From Schmidtea polychroa (taxonomy: Eukaryota), in the NCBI GenBank assembly GCA_044892525.1, contig CM097885.1:29452001-29516000 (forward strand): a stretch of 64,000 nucleotides of DNA, in the 5' to 3' direction. Both the position numbers and the translations under genes were made by a program. The notes beneath the pieces are model-generated. The model saw nothing but the letters and a program-made list of their open reading frames with translations, searched no databases and was not told where the DNA came from. Each line of letters starts with the position of its first letter. The first letter of the stretch is position 1. This document shows, in pieces, positions 8,871 to 24,840 of this stretch.

Positions 8871-11125
8871 CTTTGATATTACTCTTCTTCAGTCAAAGGA
8901 TCAAAATATAAGAAAAACATTCTTGAATGCTGACCGCATAATTCCTCAATCACTTCCAATCGACATCGAAAACAAAAACTTTCCATTTCATATCTTTAAT
9001 AAAACGCTTCAGAATGGAGAAAAGGCATCTCGGGATTGGATTTATTATAGTGAGTCGACAAAATCTATTTACTGTGCTTGCTGCTTATTTGCAAATGAAT
9101 TAGCAAGTAATTTCACAAAAGGTTGGAGCCGTGATAAAGGTTGGCGAAAATTAAAAGACAAAGTTCCTGCACATAAAAATTCAAATTCTCATTTTAAGAA
9201 TTATGTCAATTGGAAGAATTCTGTAGCTGCTGAGAAGAATGAAACACAAGTGGAATCATTGTTGATGATAAATATTCACGATGAAACAGAAAAATGGAAG
9301 AAAATATTGACACGCATACTGGATGTTATTTTATTTCTTGCTGAACGTTGACTTGCATTTTTTGGAGATTCGTTTAAACTTGGAGATTCGTCGAATGGAA
9401 ATGTTTTAGGAATAATCGAGCTATTAAGCAAGTATGATGTGATTCTTAGCGAACATTTGACTAAAGTAAAAAATTCTCAAAAGGAAGGAAAGAAACTTCA
9501 AGTTCATTATCTTTCTAATGATTTACAAAATGAGTTTATACAAATATGCGGAGATATGGTTGAGAAAAAAAATTCTATCGGAAATAAGAAATGCAAAATA
9601 CTATTCCATAATTGCTGACAGCATTCCTGACAGCTCCCACAGTGAACAGTTTTCGATAGACATACGTTATGATGACCTGCAGTCAAATTCATTGATCCAG
9701 GAAAGATTTATTTGTTTTGACGAGTTTTACGGAAAAACTGGAAAACAAATTGCCATCAATATCCAAAAACTTCTTGACACCCGAGGTTTGATTATGAAAA
9801 ATTGTGTGGCTGGAAGTTTTGACAACGCAAGTTCAATGTCAGGAATAAATATTGGCGTTCAAGCTTGGCTTAAAGAGGCAAATCCTGAATTTATGTTCTC
9901 TCCTTGTTGCAATCATACACTTAATTTGGTAGGAAATGATGCAACATTATGCTGTACGAAATCAAACGACTATTTCGTGAAATTTCAAACGCTCTTCAAT
10001 TTTTTCTCTTCATTTACATCTCACTGGGCTATATTAAAGAAGCACTGCAACAAGTCGCTTACGAATGTATCAAAAACCAGACGGGATGCTCGTTTTAATG
10101 CCGCAAAACCAATCGTGTCTTCTTTGAATCTGATAAATTTGGCCCTTAAAGAAGTTGATTCGAATCTAAATCAATCTGCAGAATCCAAATATACATGCAA
10201 GTCGCTTTTAAAATTCACATCTCGATATGAAACGGTGGTCATGAATTCTATTTGGCTCCCTATACTGACAGCAGCACAGAACACAAATTTATTGTTAGAA
10301 GCAAGAGATGCAACTTTGGACGTCGAGACCGAGAACATAGATGCACTAATTAATTCAATAAAATTAATGCGATGGGAAAAGGTGATGAGTGATAGTAAGG
10401 AATATGCTGAAAAATTCTCCATTCACGCATCATTTGAAATTAAAAGAAAGTTTATTGATGAAGCAGCTGTTGAGTTACATTATCAACAAATATTCAATAA
10501 GATCATTTCAGTTTTACAAAAATCATTACAAACTCGCTTTTTAAGAATGATTGAAATTTGTGATAATTTTAAATTCCTGTGGACCTTCAATAGCATTGAT
10601 GTAGACATATTGCAAAATCAGTGCGACAAGATTAAAATTAAATTTTCGGATGACATTTCAACAGACCTGTATGATGAAATGATATTTTTTAAAAGCATTT
10701 ACGCAACCAACTTCAAATCATCAAAGCCAAAAGAAGTGCTTAAATCTATTATTGAAATGAATTTGGAGTCAATTTTTCCAAAGCTTGTAGTTGTATTAAG
10801 ATTATTTTTGGCAATCCCAGTTTCTGTAGCCGAGTCTGAACGTACGTTTTTTGCTCAAAAACGTATTAAGAATTTCTTGAGATCTACAATGGCACAAGAG
10901 CGGCTAAATGGATTAGCAATGCTGCATATTAATAACGATATTGCAAGAAACCTAAATTTTAGTGAAATAATTGATAAATTTGCAATTTCAAAAGCCCGTA
11001 AATCATTAATTTAATAAAATTTGTTTTTATATTGTGTTGTCGCTAACTATATATATTTTTTAATTATTAAAAAGGGGCCCCAAAAAAATTTGACTCAGGG
11101 CCCGCACTCTCTCTCCTAGGCCCTG
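8871..11125 (+). mobile_element. hAT transposon (ZMYM1/TTF-type transposase), 5'-truncated and pseudogenised
   Basis: RDWIYYSES..IYCACC, YYSIIAD, SFDNASSMSG, C.NHTLNL and PVSVAESERTF..LRSTMAQERLNGLAML motifs. In-frame TGA at 9349-9351, then a frameshift. The 3' end GGCCCTG at 11125 fits a CAGGGCC TIR. Confidence 0.9.
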
Positions 11126-12428
11126 AATATCACCAATATGAACTTTTTATAGCTATAATCATTTTTTTTTCAATGAAAATATTGTTTTAATCGTGTAAGA
11201 TTGGTCTACTTTTTCTTCATATTTGTATTAAATGCTGTATTGAAAATAACATATGACATAACTTATGCTAGTTTAGAGAAGACAATTATTGAAAGATTGT
11301 GAAAGAAAATGATAAGAAATATTCAGAATTTTCAAGCAATATATATATGTATGTATATATACAAATCTTAAAAAATTAATGGTAATCAAATATTATGATA
11401 ATATGGCAAATGAGGTTATTTTGTGTTCATTTTACAATTTTTTTCAATCATTTTTGGGTCAATTTTTCATTTTTTAATCTACAATATACTTTTGTATAAA
11501 ATTTAATTTACTTTAAATATGCAAAAATATATATACATTTAAGGTTAATTTTTTAAAATAAATTTGTAAAATTTAGATGATGAAAGCGATAAACATTTAT
11601 ATATTTTTAATTAAAAATGAATATATATATATATACAATGTTTTAACAATTCTTTTTTATTAATAATTTTTAAAATTTATTATTTGTAATATTAATATTA
11701 AATGAAATATTTTTAGTACAATTTTAATTAATTCAAATAATTAGTTTAAAATGAAAATTTAATAAATATGTTATTGGAATTTTGTTTAAATTTTGTTTAA
11801 TAATACGATAATAAAATCTGTTAAGAGCGGTTGTATGATCTTTCACTAGTATATTATTGGGGCTTTGGAGTGGCAATTTTCAAATTTCTATTTCAAAATT
11901 TTATACAAAATATTACAGAAATGCTTCTTTAGAATTGTTGTAAAAAATAATATGAATGCCTGAACATAAAGAAAAACCATTAATAAATTTCTTTTAAAGC
12001 AAAATTTAATTTTGATTTGTAAATTTATCAGAATAATAAATAAAAAATAATTTTCGAAATCTCTTGAAGTTTAAAGAAAAACCGGAAATTATTATCTAAA
12101 TAATCACACCCGTGTTATATTTTAATTAAAACAATTGCATTGAAAATAATTCGTGCATATTATATTGAGTTTGCATTTATTAGAATAGAAATTTCAAGAG
12201 CATTTAAACAAATTCTATTTTTTATTTTACTGTAAAATGAACTGACAATCGTTTTCATTTGTTGTTTTGCTAGAATTTTGATTAATGAGGATAATTGAAT
12301 TTATGAAATTAATTAATTCAAACTATTCATCCAAATTAGAAAATGTTTCATTATATATAGTCAGTTCAAATTTTAAAATTAATAAAATTTAGCTAAATAT
12401 TTCTATATACTATACAATTCAATGATTT

Positions 12429-12521
<93 letters not shown>

Positions 12522-12701
12522 TATAATAATAATGACGTAATATCACATTCATTAGAGACTGCGTGTTATTTATGTACATTAGTTCCAGAATATGTTCAAT
12601 TGAATGAAAATAATAATATTATTGAGCATAATATTACATGTAAGTTAAAAATTGACATTTCCAATTTTAAAGTGTTATCTAAGAGTTTCTCAAACTATTA
12701 T

Positions 12702-15062
12702 AGTAACATTTTCATTAAAAATCATTAAAACTAAAAAGCTATTTTCAAATATATTTAATATAAAATCTGAATATTTAAACAATATATCAATTTAAATCTC
12801 GTCACTCGCCCCTTCTTTAAGAACTGTGAAAACTCTTTCAGCCATTCAACTCTTCTGCATCTTTTCCCATCTGGATATTCCAGTTCAAATTGATGTTCCA
12901 TTGGAAAACCAAGAATCTTTACAGGACCTTCGAACAAATTACCATGTTTTGATCTCTTATGTGGATCCATTTTTATTAGAACTCTTTGACCCACCTCAAA
13001 ATGCCGATGACTTTTCTTATCTGTATCTCTTGATCTCACTTTATCTGCCGCTACCATAAAATTATTCTATGCTGTCAATAATACTTGTTCTCGGTTAAGA
13101 TCTATGAATGAATTCTTTCCATGTATATTAACCTTTCTTCCCAATAGTATTTCCATTGGCAAAAATCCCGTATAATTCTGTTTTTTTGAGTTTAGAGAAT
13201 ATTCAATTTTTAGCATAATTTTGTCCCAACACCCTCCAGTTTGACCATCACTCAAAAATGTCACGATCATATCACTAACTGTTCGTATTACCCGTTCTGC
13301 TAAACCATTAGACTTATGATCATATGGCGAAGTAAATAACCATTCGATGTTAAAATTGTCAACTAACCTTTTGATTTGACTTCCCTCGAAAACCTTACCT
13401 CCATCCGAAACCATGTAAGCTGGTTTACCGAATTTGTATATCCAATTGTGTAAAAGTACACGATATACAGTCTTTTCATCTTGGTTCTGAGTAGGCGTTA
13501 AATTAACAATCTTGCTGAACTGATCAATTATTATTAATGTTTCCTTCATATGAGCAATATCGATTACAATTTGTTCCATGGAATTCATTATTACCCTAGG
13601 AATTAAATATTCAACTGTTTTACTTGTTAAAACTTTCCTTCTCATGCATATATCACATTTTTATAATATCTCGTATATCGGTTACAATGTGTATCCAAAA
13701 GAAATAATCGTTCATATAATTTGTTGTTTTCTTAACTCCTAAATGACAGAGTTCTTTGTGCATATGCTGTACAACTTATAACGCTATCTTCTGCGGAATT
13801 ATTATCTTCTACTTATCATCATTTACTCTTAATAACATATTGTCTTTAACCAATATCTGATGCAATCTTTTGAAATAAGGTAAATCCCGAATCAAGTGAA
13901 GTATCTCGGGACTCGGGTTTAGCACATATTTCTTTATTATAGACAACAAATTATCTGCTTCCTTATTCTCAATATATAAATGTATGTTTAAATTACTTAA
14001 AGTAATCACGTTTAAAAATCTTATTCAGCTCTTCTCGAGTTTTCCTTCTTCGTGTTCGGTTTGAAATTTTGAGCAATAACTTAACAATATCCTCGATAGT
14101 CCATCAGTGTTGTTATGATATTCACCCTTTCTATATTTTAAATCAAAATCATAACCTACCAACTCACTTAACTATGTTTGGAATTGTGGATCTTTTGGTT
14201 TCGAAGTTGATTTTAAGAACTTTAAAGCCCTATGATCCGTGCATATATCAAACTTTTTTCCATATAAATAATGCCGAAAATATAGGACGTACTCGTATAT
14301 TGCTAATAGTTCTTTTTTAGTTACACAGTATCCTTTTTCGTGAGCACTAAAAAGTCTTGAACCATATGCTATGACTTTTTCACAACCATTTTGAACTTGA
14401 CTTAGAACAGCACCAATTCCACTAAAACACGCATCAGTATCCAAAATAAATTAATCGACCTTATTTGGAAACGCCAAGATTGGTGCACTCGATAATATCT
14501 GTTTAAGTTTTCGGAAACTTTCTTCACACTTGTCATTCCATTTAATATCTTTTCATGTCCCTTTGTAGCCTCATACAACGGTTTGGCTATTTCAGCAAAA
14601 TTTATCAGACTTATGTCTTCGATATTTTGCAAAAAACATTTGAATTTTACATATTTTAAAATAAATCAACTTTTTACCTCTTGATCTGAGACCGGAGTCT
14701 TTTGTGGTTTCTTAAAAGCCATTCATAACTGTTTTGCGTCTCCATGTAATAAAAAATCGAATGCTGCTCCTAAATTGAGCGAATTTATCGTCACAAATTC
14801 TTCAATAGATACAAGTCAGTATTTTGCATTTTCTTTTCCTCCAAAAATCTTCTTTATCACTGCATAAATTGAATCTTGAATATTTTTTGGCAAAGACTCC
14901 TCAATTTCTGCCTTTGCTGTAATCTCGCCAGAGCTGCGATTTCGGCGTGGTCGCCAGTAACCTTTTCATTAAAAATCATTAAAACTAACACGCTATTTTC
15001 AAATATATATTTATTATAAAATCTGAATATTTAAACAATATATCAATTTAAATATCGTCACT
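12702..15062 (-). mobile_element. Internally deleted Ty3/Gypsy LTR retrotransposon with ~105-bp LTRs
   Basis: LTRs at 12702-12806 and 14956-15062 with AGT..ACT ends; 5-bp TSD ATTAT; PBS TGGCGACCACG; PPT AAAGAAGGGG; RNase H (DTDAC..GIGAVL, ELLAI, TDH) and integrase fragments. Confidence 0.92.
14945..14956 (-). promoter_or_regulatory. Primer binding site (probably tRNA-Arg)
   Basis: The minus strand reads TGGCGACCACGC, overlapping the 5' LTR end by one base. Confidence 0.7.
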
Positions 15063-15322
15063 ATTATGAACACTATGAACATTTTGAAATTACCATAACT
15101 TGTGAGAACTAGATGATAAAAATTATTCAAACCAAAATTCAACATTCGAAATACGTGTATTTTCAGAGTGTTAAATTAATTTTATTAAGATTAATAAATT
15201 ATATTGGATTCCGCACATATAATTATGTAATTACCAATTGTTGAAGTTATTTAATGCCTGATGAAATATATCGCAAAAATTTATTTTTAAAAAATAGTAT
15301 TTTATTGATTTGAATAATATAA

Positions 15323-15643
<321 letters not shown>

Positions 15644-17481
15644 TAAATTGTCATTTTTTAATTTCATTTAATAAAGAACGTTTTATGATAACTAATTAAT
15701 AACTTTTATTATTTCTATTGTTCTAGATATATATTCTCTTTCTATATGTGAATGACATTTAAAACCATTGTTCTATATAAGTAATTCTCAGTTAGCTATT
15801 GAATCATTGATGATGTGTTTTGATTTTCCCAAACTCATTTATCTTTATTTATCATATTCACTTTAAAAGCTCATTAACTTACCAATAGTTTTACCAATAA
15901 AATTTAACAAAATTAATAAAATTGTCTGACTCTTTCTAATACCGAATAGACTTTCGGATTGTAGGTTTCCACAAAAATGTATTCTATAGATAAACGAAAA
16001 CCACAATTAAAGCTACAATTAATACATTAATTTATTAAAATATTCATTGAATCAAAAATAATTTCTACCAAATTAGGTATTTAATTCATCTATGAGCCGT
16101 AACTGTTAATGTAAATAACTGTAAGTAACTAGATGATATTTTCTATTTCAATTAAAACACATAATTTACATTTTAGAGCGAAATTATTAACGAACTCTTT
16201 ATAAAATGGTTCTTTATTTTTTGTTAAATATTTCAACAAAAATACAAAAATTATTTCACAATTCAGATTTCAACATTTATGCTGATTCCCATACTTATTT
16301 CAAACCTTTCTAGAGATAAAGACCTAACAGTGACTTACACTTGATTTAAACTGTTCTCATTATTTATCCTTATAAATAAATATTTTATTAATCTCATATT
16401 ATTAACTAATGGAAACTTTTCATTTTCTGAAACATTACATAAAAATGTTGAAAATAATAATAAAAATATTAGTAATGAAAATTTATTGTTGTGGTTATGT
16501 AAAATATTTAAAACAAATCAATTTAAATACTAATTTAACACAAAAAATATCAATTAAAAAATGATACAAATAATTACAAAAATAATTAATTAATTATACA
16601 AATTATTTAACTATACAAATAATAAACAAAATCTCCATCATTGATAAGCATGATGGTAAACTAAAATAAAGATAAATTAAATTTTTTCAAATTTTTCAGT
16701 TTCTCACAGACAGGCAATTTTATTTGGAAGTGAATGAGGAAGATAGAGTATTATAAAAAGAGAAAAAAACAAAGTCAATTTTCCTTGGTGACAAATTAAA
16801 AAATTAATAGAAGCTATTAAACAAAAAAGTGAAAATTAAAGAAATCGCAATTAAAGAGGTATCAAGTGAAGTTTTTTTGTTAGTGACAATGAAAAGGTTT
16901 TGATTTTATAATAAAAATTCTGACCAAGAGTATAAGAAGTAAGCGCATAAGGTCTGTCCTATCAAATAGTGATAATAGAACAAGAAGCAAAATAATATTA
17001 TCAGATTAAATATTAAGTTAATATAAAAATAATTATACTTTATAGTAAAACGCAAGAGTGATATTAATAATAGTTATAGTGATATGTAAATCTTTTTATT
17101 TCAACGATGTAAAATCCTTTGAAAAAATAATAAAATAAAATATTTATCATAGTTTTGATATTAATTTGATATATTTATACATTGTAGCAAAGATTATCAT
17201 GAAAAAGTAGGTATAAATGAAAGTAGATTTTAATAATTTAATAATTTAATGATTAATAATTTAATACTTCTGAAAAATTTTAAAAACCAAAAATAATTTC
17301 TCTTTTTTAATAACAATAAAATAAAAGGATAGTTTCTTGGTACCAGCATAATTTAAATAAATAATAAGATAAGTCTTTTGCAACAAAGTATGTGAGTTCC
17401 AATAGAAACAAACGTTTGATTATTAGATAATCCTTTCCAATTTTTTGAAATAATAATAATGATAATAATAATAATAATAAT

Positions 17482-17661
<180 letters not shown>

Positions 17662-18433
17662 TATATATATTATTCAACTTCAGTTTAATCATTTATTTTA
17701 TTTATGTTTTAAAAATTGCAAGTAGACAGTTTCAATGTAACATCTTTTGTTCTTGTAAGATTGAACAATCGTTATTCTTTTAAGTTAAATATTCGGTCAA
17801 ATTCATTAATTTTTCACAAATAAATTAAAATTATGAAAAGAAAACCTTCAAATAATAGAAAACAGAATTATTGTTTTAAAGAACATATAGTTTCAATTAA
17901 AAGAAAACCAACTATTGAATCATTAATTAATAATATAATCAAACAGGCTTTTTCTCATTTCGTCTATAATAAATCTAATTTTATTTTTAATAATAACGAA
18001 TTTATTTTCCTAATCAAATGCGGTTTCTTTGATTGAAACAATGCGTGATTTAATTCTGAATTGAAACGCAAAACATTTAATAGACCGAAATTGTGTCATG
18101 ACAACATTTATTGCTTTTACAATAATTATTAGTTGCAACATTTTGAATAAAGTGGGTATTTAATTGCGTTTATGACATTTTCATTACCTTTTACACTGAA
18201 ACAGTAGAATGTTAGTCAATTAAAACAAAAGTAATATTATAAAAATTTTAATGATTACTAATAATAATTGTACTGACTAATAATACGATATTATTAGTAA
18301 TAAATAAAAATAAAAATATCTGATGAACATAGATTCTTTTGAGTACTACTATATGGCAATGTCAGATTTTATTTACCATGTGAATGTATATTGAAATTAG
18401 CCACTAAAAGTTGTAACTGAATTGTACAATCAT

Positions 18434-18523
<90 letters not shown>

Positions 18524-19678
18524 TGTTCCGAAAATTCGTGAGTATCAAAAACATCGAAATATTACTGATTTATAGTCTTCAAGCTCTCTTTTTAATATAT
18601 ATTTATATATATTTTTAATATATATTAATATATATTTTTATCTTTAATTATCCTAAGCTTTTAAAGAAATGTCATTACTAATTCGTTGCCGATGAGGCTT
18701 TCTATCAAAAAATTTCATTTTATGCTAAAGAATGCCTTAAATTCATTTGATTGAAGTACGGTGTAATTACAACAATAATTAAATAATTAATATAATAATT
18801 ATTTAAACAATTAATTATTTAATTAATTAAATAATTAAATAATTAATTAAACAAATAAATAATTAAATAAATAATTAATTAAATAATTAAATTTTCAATA
18901 ATTAAAATTTTGTAGACGATTTCAATCAATTCTTTTGCGAAACAAAATCACCGAATTTGTTAGACACAATTTAGGCGTGGCAAACTACATTTATAAAATA
19001 AACTTCATATTTTCTTTTTAATGAAAGATTATTTCTTTAGCTAGCAACATTTTATAAAAAACATTTCATTTATTATTAACATAATTAGTTCATTTTAGCT
19101 CATAATTATTAATATTTTGAGTTTTTTGAAAATTGGAATAGATGTACTAACATATTATTCGTTCATATTTTGAATATGCAAATTTATATTTCATTTAAAT
19201 TACATTGAAATTACATTTTTTAAATCTGTAAGAATTGACAAAAATTAAATTTGTTTTTGTGTTGAACTGTTTTATTGAATTAAATGCGCAAACCAAGATT
19301 AAAGTCTTTACCCAATAAAATCCCAACAATAATAAAAATTTTAAAATTAGCATATTAATAAAAAATATTTTTTATCTAAAATATTTATTAAAAATTAAAA
19401 AAAGTTAAAAAAATTAAAATATTATCAGATAAAAAAATTATAAAGCATATAATCTTAACATAATCAGGAAATAAAATAAAATATTTATTATTTAATTAAA
19501 AAGTTGTTGTGAAACATAAATCATTGAAATTTGCTAGACAGAAATATTTTTGACAACAACAACAAATCAGTTGACAATTAGAGAGGAAAGACAGAAGTGT
19601 ATAAAAATAAAATTTCATTCACTTAAGTAAATAAATGAAAATGTTTTCTTTAAAGAAGTGATACAAATTGTGAGGAAA

Positions 19679-19727
<49 letters not shown>

Positions 19728-22399
19728 TTATATTATAAAATACATTTTTCAATTATTAATTTAAAATGAAAAATCAGACATATTGCACAAGTAATATTTC
19801 ATTTAATTAAAGATGACTGCTTGTCATAATAAACGACAAAAAATTATTTTAATGTAAAAACATGAATTTGCAATTTGAATGAAACATTAGTAGCATGTCT
19901 AACATAAACATGTATGAGTTACGGAAAGAAAAGTATTTACTATTCCTTTTAAAGCGCTTATGAAATATGTTAAATAACAGCTAATTATTCCGAAATAGAT
20001 TAAAACAAAAAAGGCTAAGTTAATATAAATTGAAAAATAGATGAATTGGTACGTACTCTTTACCATGGTATCCGCGCAAATCAACTGAAATCGACAACAA
20101 TATTCACAACGGAAACCAATAATCTCTCCAGCTGAAACAAATGATAGAAATTTCACTTTCATCTGAAAAAAATGAAAAGGAAATATTGGATTGAAAAATC
20201 AAGAATCATACACTAGACAAAACCCGATTGTAAGTTGTGGAAACTCAAATCTCAATTGAATTTAGCGATAAATGGACGAAACGCAAAAATATAATAGTCT
20301 CATTATAAGCTAAAATCCGGAAACGGTAAAGCAATAAAACTTATCAATTTATTAATAAAATTTATTAATTAATAAAAGTGACATTAAGTACTCTTGATTT
20401 TCCAGTTAGTTTTTATCCCGTTGTGTTGAATTGATTAAAACAAAATTTTGTGACGCTTTGCCAATATCCGAGAAAATTGGTATCATAATTTGTCGTTCTT
20501 TAGGGAATAGTTATTTTCTTTCTTTTTCCTAAATTAAAAATATAATAAAGATTAAAAAGATTTATTTTTTAACTGGGTTCTCTTAAAATTATTGTGTACT
20601 ACTTGCACTCACCATAAAGTGACATACAATACAAACTGCAAAACCAAAATTTTAGGCAGTATTTTTATTAGCCATATAGGTGACATTATTTCAAAATGAA
20701 ATGTTCTTAAAATATTTTGCATTATTCCATCTGCGACAACTCTAAAAAAAATATACGATCACATCTGTAACATTAGTTTTTCTATAGTTACTTTTATCTC
20801 TAGTATAAGTAAAGCACTGGCCTAATAAATTCAAATTCTTGCAAGTGTTAATTTTTTAAATTCACTTTCAACAATCTTTTTTAAATAAATTTTTATATCA
20901 GTTTTAAATTTTATTGGATTAAAAAATAATCATAATTTCTATTTCCCATATTGTAAGACCAAAAAATCTCGATTTATTAAATGTGACAACAAAATTGACA
21001 ATAAATGATATTAAAAAATCTCACTTTAGACTATATTATTTTTGAAATGTCTGAATCGTTTTTTCTCTAAAGTTTATTTTTATAAAATTTAAAATCAAAA
21101 TAATTGAAATTCTTTCATAAATTAGTAAAAAAAAATTCATAAAAACTTGCATAAATATATTCATTGGCCATTTCTAATTTTAGACAAATAAATATTTCAT
21201 TTCATTTGTTTTTTCTCCCATTGTTATATTGATTCAATTTAATTAAATTGGCATATTTAATAGTTTTAAATTGGAATTTTCTGTATGATTTTCAAATTAA
21301 TAAAAAATTATAGAATACTAAGTTAATGGAATTTGTATTTTTGCTTCAAAAGATAACTGTCAATTATGAAATAAATAATGAAGAACGTGAGCAAGACCAA
21401 TTTTTAAATGGTTTAATTGAGTTAATTGATAAAGTACAAACTGCCATTGACAAATTAAACAAACAAGCTAGTGAAACTAACGTCAGATTTAGAAAAATCT
21501 ATTCAAAAATATCATGTCTAAAATGATATAATAATATTTTATACATAATAATAAACTAAGTAATAAACTAATTATATAATTAAGTTAGTATGACCTTGAA
21601 GTTTAGTTATTCATGTTTGTGTGTAATGAAGTGAAATATGTATGTCTGTGATCTGTATCAATAGTATTGATTAAACTAATTTCCTATGCAATTGTAAGTA
21701 TTATAAATATTTTAAATAAATATTGAATAATAATGTGTTCTTCTAACATCAACCATTAATTAAAAAACATGCATAAATTTGAATTAATGTTTTGAGTAAT
21801 TGTTAATTTTTAATTGAGTAATTTGAGTAAAATAGTGATTGTTTTGGAGCACGATGTAAAATTGTTGCAACTAATTTTGATGTTTAAGAATTAGCTGATA
21901 ATGATGATTTTTATTCTAATGGAAAATGTTTGAATTACACTCTGAATTAAGTATTTCATTCATATCTGTCCAATGCTCTACTTTTATCTGTATAAATAAT
22001 AGAAACATCTATCAGTGGCAGGGCTCTTTCCTCTAAGACAATAGCCCAGATTAGTAACTAAATCAAAAGAAAAGATATGTTTTTAATGACCTTTTCAAAC
22101 AAATTTTGCAACAATAATATGTTGAAAAATACACATTTTTATTTCAAAATAAATTTTACTATTTCATAATATAATATGCAAACACTCAAGGACAGAATAT
22201 ACGTAATTATAATATATTAAATATACCAAATAAAGGTTTTACTAAAGCTTTAATTTTTAATCGACAATATTTAATTTTTTTTTCTGTGTTACAGTGTAAT
22301 GATTAAATTTATTTTAAAGTAGATATTTTTTGTATTTTTTTGTATTTTTATATTTTTTGTATTTTTGTTTTTTCTTTAACTTATGCAACATATATGCTT

Positions 22400-22740
22400 C
22401 TACCTTTGGAACTTTGTGCGTTTACTTCAAGTGGTGGCACATAGTCTTCTGTTTGAAATTCTTTTCATCAGCTCAACCCCGTCCCCTCCTCCGCTGTTTT
22501 GTGTCTATTTTCTTTCAAAGATGTGTTTGAATGGTCCTCATCAATGTCAGTATGACGGCCAGAATGAGTTGTGTCATTAAGGTTAAAATTACCGCTTTTA
22601 AATTTGTTGCACCATCTCTATGCTGCATACTTGGTATTCACGTTTTCTCTGTACATTGCACAAATTTTGCGAGTAGCGTCCGTGACTTAAAACCACAAAA
22701 GAATTCAAAAGGTTTATGCTATTAAAAATAAAGAAAAGCA
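22400..22740 (-). pseudogene. mariner transposase N-terminal HTH remnant
   Basis: Hand translation: ATRKICAMY..*RWCNKFKSGNFNLNDTTHSGRHTDIDED, a Mos1-like HTH with stops. Confidence 0.8.
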
Positions 22741-22861
22741 ATTATAATACAATAAAGACACAATCAAAATATATAAAAAAAAGAGAGAGATTAAATAATA
22801 ACTCTCTTTGTCTCTCTTGCTGACATTTTATAACAAGAAGAGGATCGGCTTGAATAATCTT

Positions 22862-23680
22862 GATATTCCTTTCTTAATTGATATTTTCTTTCTTAATTAA
22901 AATTAAAATATTAATTAAAAATCGCCATTCGTACGCTCCTTTCGGTCGACAGTATTCTTGAACTCGATTACATAGATAACGGGAAGTCTCTCTCAAACAA
23001 GATGAGCCAAAATATACGATGGTATTGGCGTATTCTGAAGGATATAAAGATTTCAAAAGAAAGATAGGTAAACATCTGGGTACATTTAATTATAAAATTG
23101 TTTCGAAATCATGCAAAGTACGTAGTATGTTTGTTAGTAAATCTCAAACACCGGTTGGATTGTGTTTGGATTTCGTTTATCAATTCACATGTAATGGGTG
23201 TAATGCCACATACATTGGAGAGACTTCCTGTCATATCTATACTCGAGTGCAAAAACATTGTCGACCGAAGGGAGTATTCATTATTAAGGATCATGATAAA
23301 GTCTACATGAGAGAATTAGGAATGTCGGATTTTAAAATCTTATCAAAACATATTGATAATTGTTTTGATCGTGTGATATGTGAAGCATTATTGATAAGAA
23401 TTTTTAATCCTAAAATCAATGTGCAGAATGCAGTGAATACATGTGTGTTGAATGTTTTAGATTAAGTTTTTGTATGTAATTATGTATATTGAATAATAGT
23501 TATATAAATAATTAAAAAAATAAAGAAAATAATATTTTTTTAAAGAATTTTTAAAAGTGAAAAATAATGTTTCTTGAAAATTATTTTTGAAAATAATTAT
23601 TTAAATAGTGATAGTGATGCTATCGAAATATATATATCGAAAAATATGTACGAATGGCGAATTTTATTAATAAAGTCTTT
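22862..23680 (+). mobile_element. Penelope-like element 3' fragment (GIY-YIG endonuclease) with an inverted partial copy at its 5' end
   Basis: ORF 23019-23465 has VYQFTCNGCNATYIGET..RV.KH...R.I.EALLI...PKIN.Q. Bases 22862-22993 are the reverse complement of parts of the element. Confidence 0.88.
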
Positions 23681-24734
23681 ACCGTGTTTATTTAAATAAT
23701 AATATGATTAATATGATTAATAATAATGATAATAATAATAATAAATTTTAATAATAAAATTAATTCCTAATTTATCATGGTGAAAGCCTATTTATTTTAA
23801 AGAAAATTATTTTTCATTTCTGACGTCTTATCAAATATTTCATTAAAACATAATAAACGAATGAAAAAGAAATTATTCTTGTTTACTAATGAATTTTCAT
23901 TTTAATTAAAAATACAATCTGTATCCCAAAATCTTATTGAGGCGTGAGTAGAAAAGTAAGTATTACTTAATTTATTATAATTAATATTCATTGCAAAGAT
24001 TGACTTAACGACTTTTAGTTTAGAATATCATTTAGATGTTGCAAACCACTTCATAGTTCTTTATGTAAATTTCTGTCACGCAAGCTAGGGAATTTTTATA
24101 ACATTTATTGTTGCATTCTGATGGTGCGAATATTATTTCACTTAAAGTATTTGCGTACGGTGGATTTAGTTTATAATTATCCATTTTAAAAAAATGATGC
24201 CGTGATGATAAGTATCTTTTGTAACCTCTTATTAAAGTTATTTACCCATTTCCAAAAATGCGGGATAAAATAACATAAAAATAGTAAAATATCTTTATTT
24301 AAAAAGGGAGACATTATTATTAGAGCACTTATATAGAGTCAGTATAAAACGGTTATATGACAAAAGAATAACAATAACCTTTTAATATAAAGTACCTCAA
24401 GTGCATCCAACTATATTATTTTGCACCGATATTACCTATTCGGATAAAATATCTTTTTAAGAAGATATTAAATAGAATAAATATTTCTAAATTAATTTTT
24501 TTCGCTAAATAAATTTGTTACTGGAAATAATCAATTAGAAAAAAATACTTATTTGATTATTTTTATTTTGATTAAATTATTTTTAGAAATTTCAATTCTT
24601 CACATTCAATGAGATAATCAAAATAATTTTACAGTATTAAAATAAATCATAATAAAATATTTCCGATAATATTTATAATAATAGCAATATACTTTATCAA
24701 AATCAAAATTTATTATTAATAAATATTATTATTA

Positions 24735-24840
<106 letters not shown>

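Noticed and set aside
19899..20162. Minus-strand ORF or exon with plausible splice sites
   Set aside because: It has no recognisable motif or partner exon.
23605..23635. Hammerhead ribozyme in the Penelope tail (GATAG-TGATG-CTATC-GAAA; also ~31960-31990 on the minus strand)
   Set aside because: A stem plus GAAA is present, but the CUGANGA core is not intact or correctly spaced. It would need an Infernal search of the family consensus.
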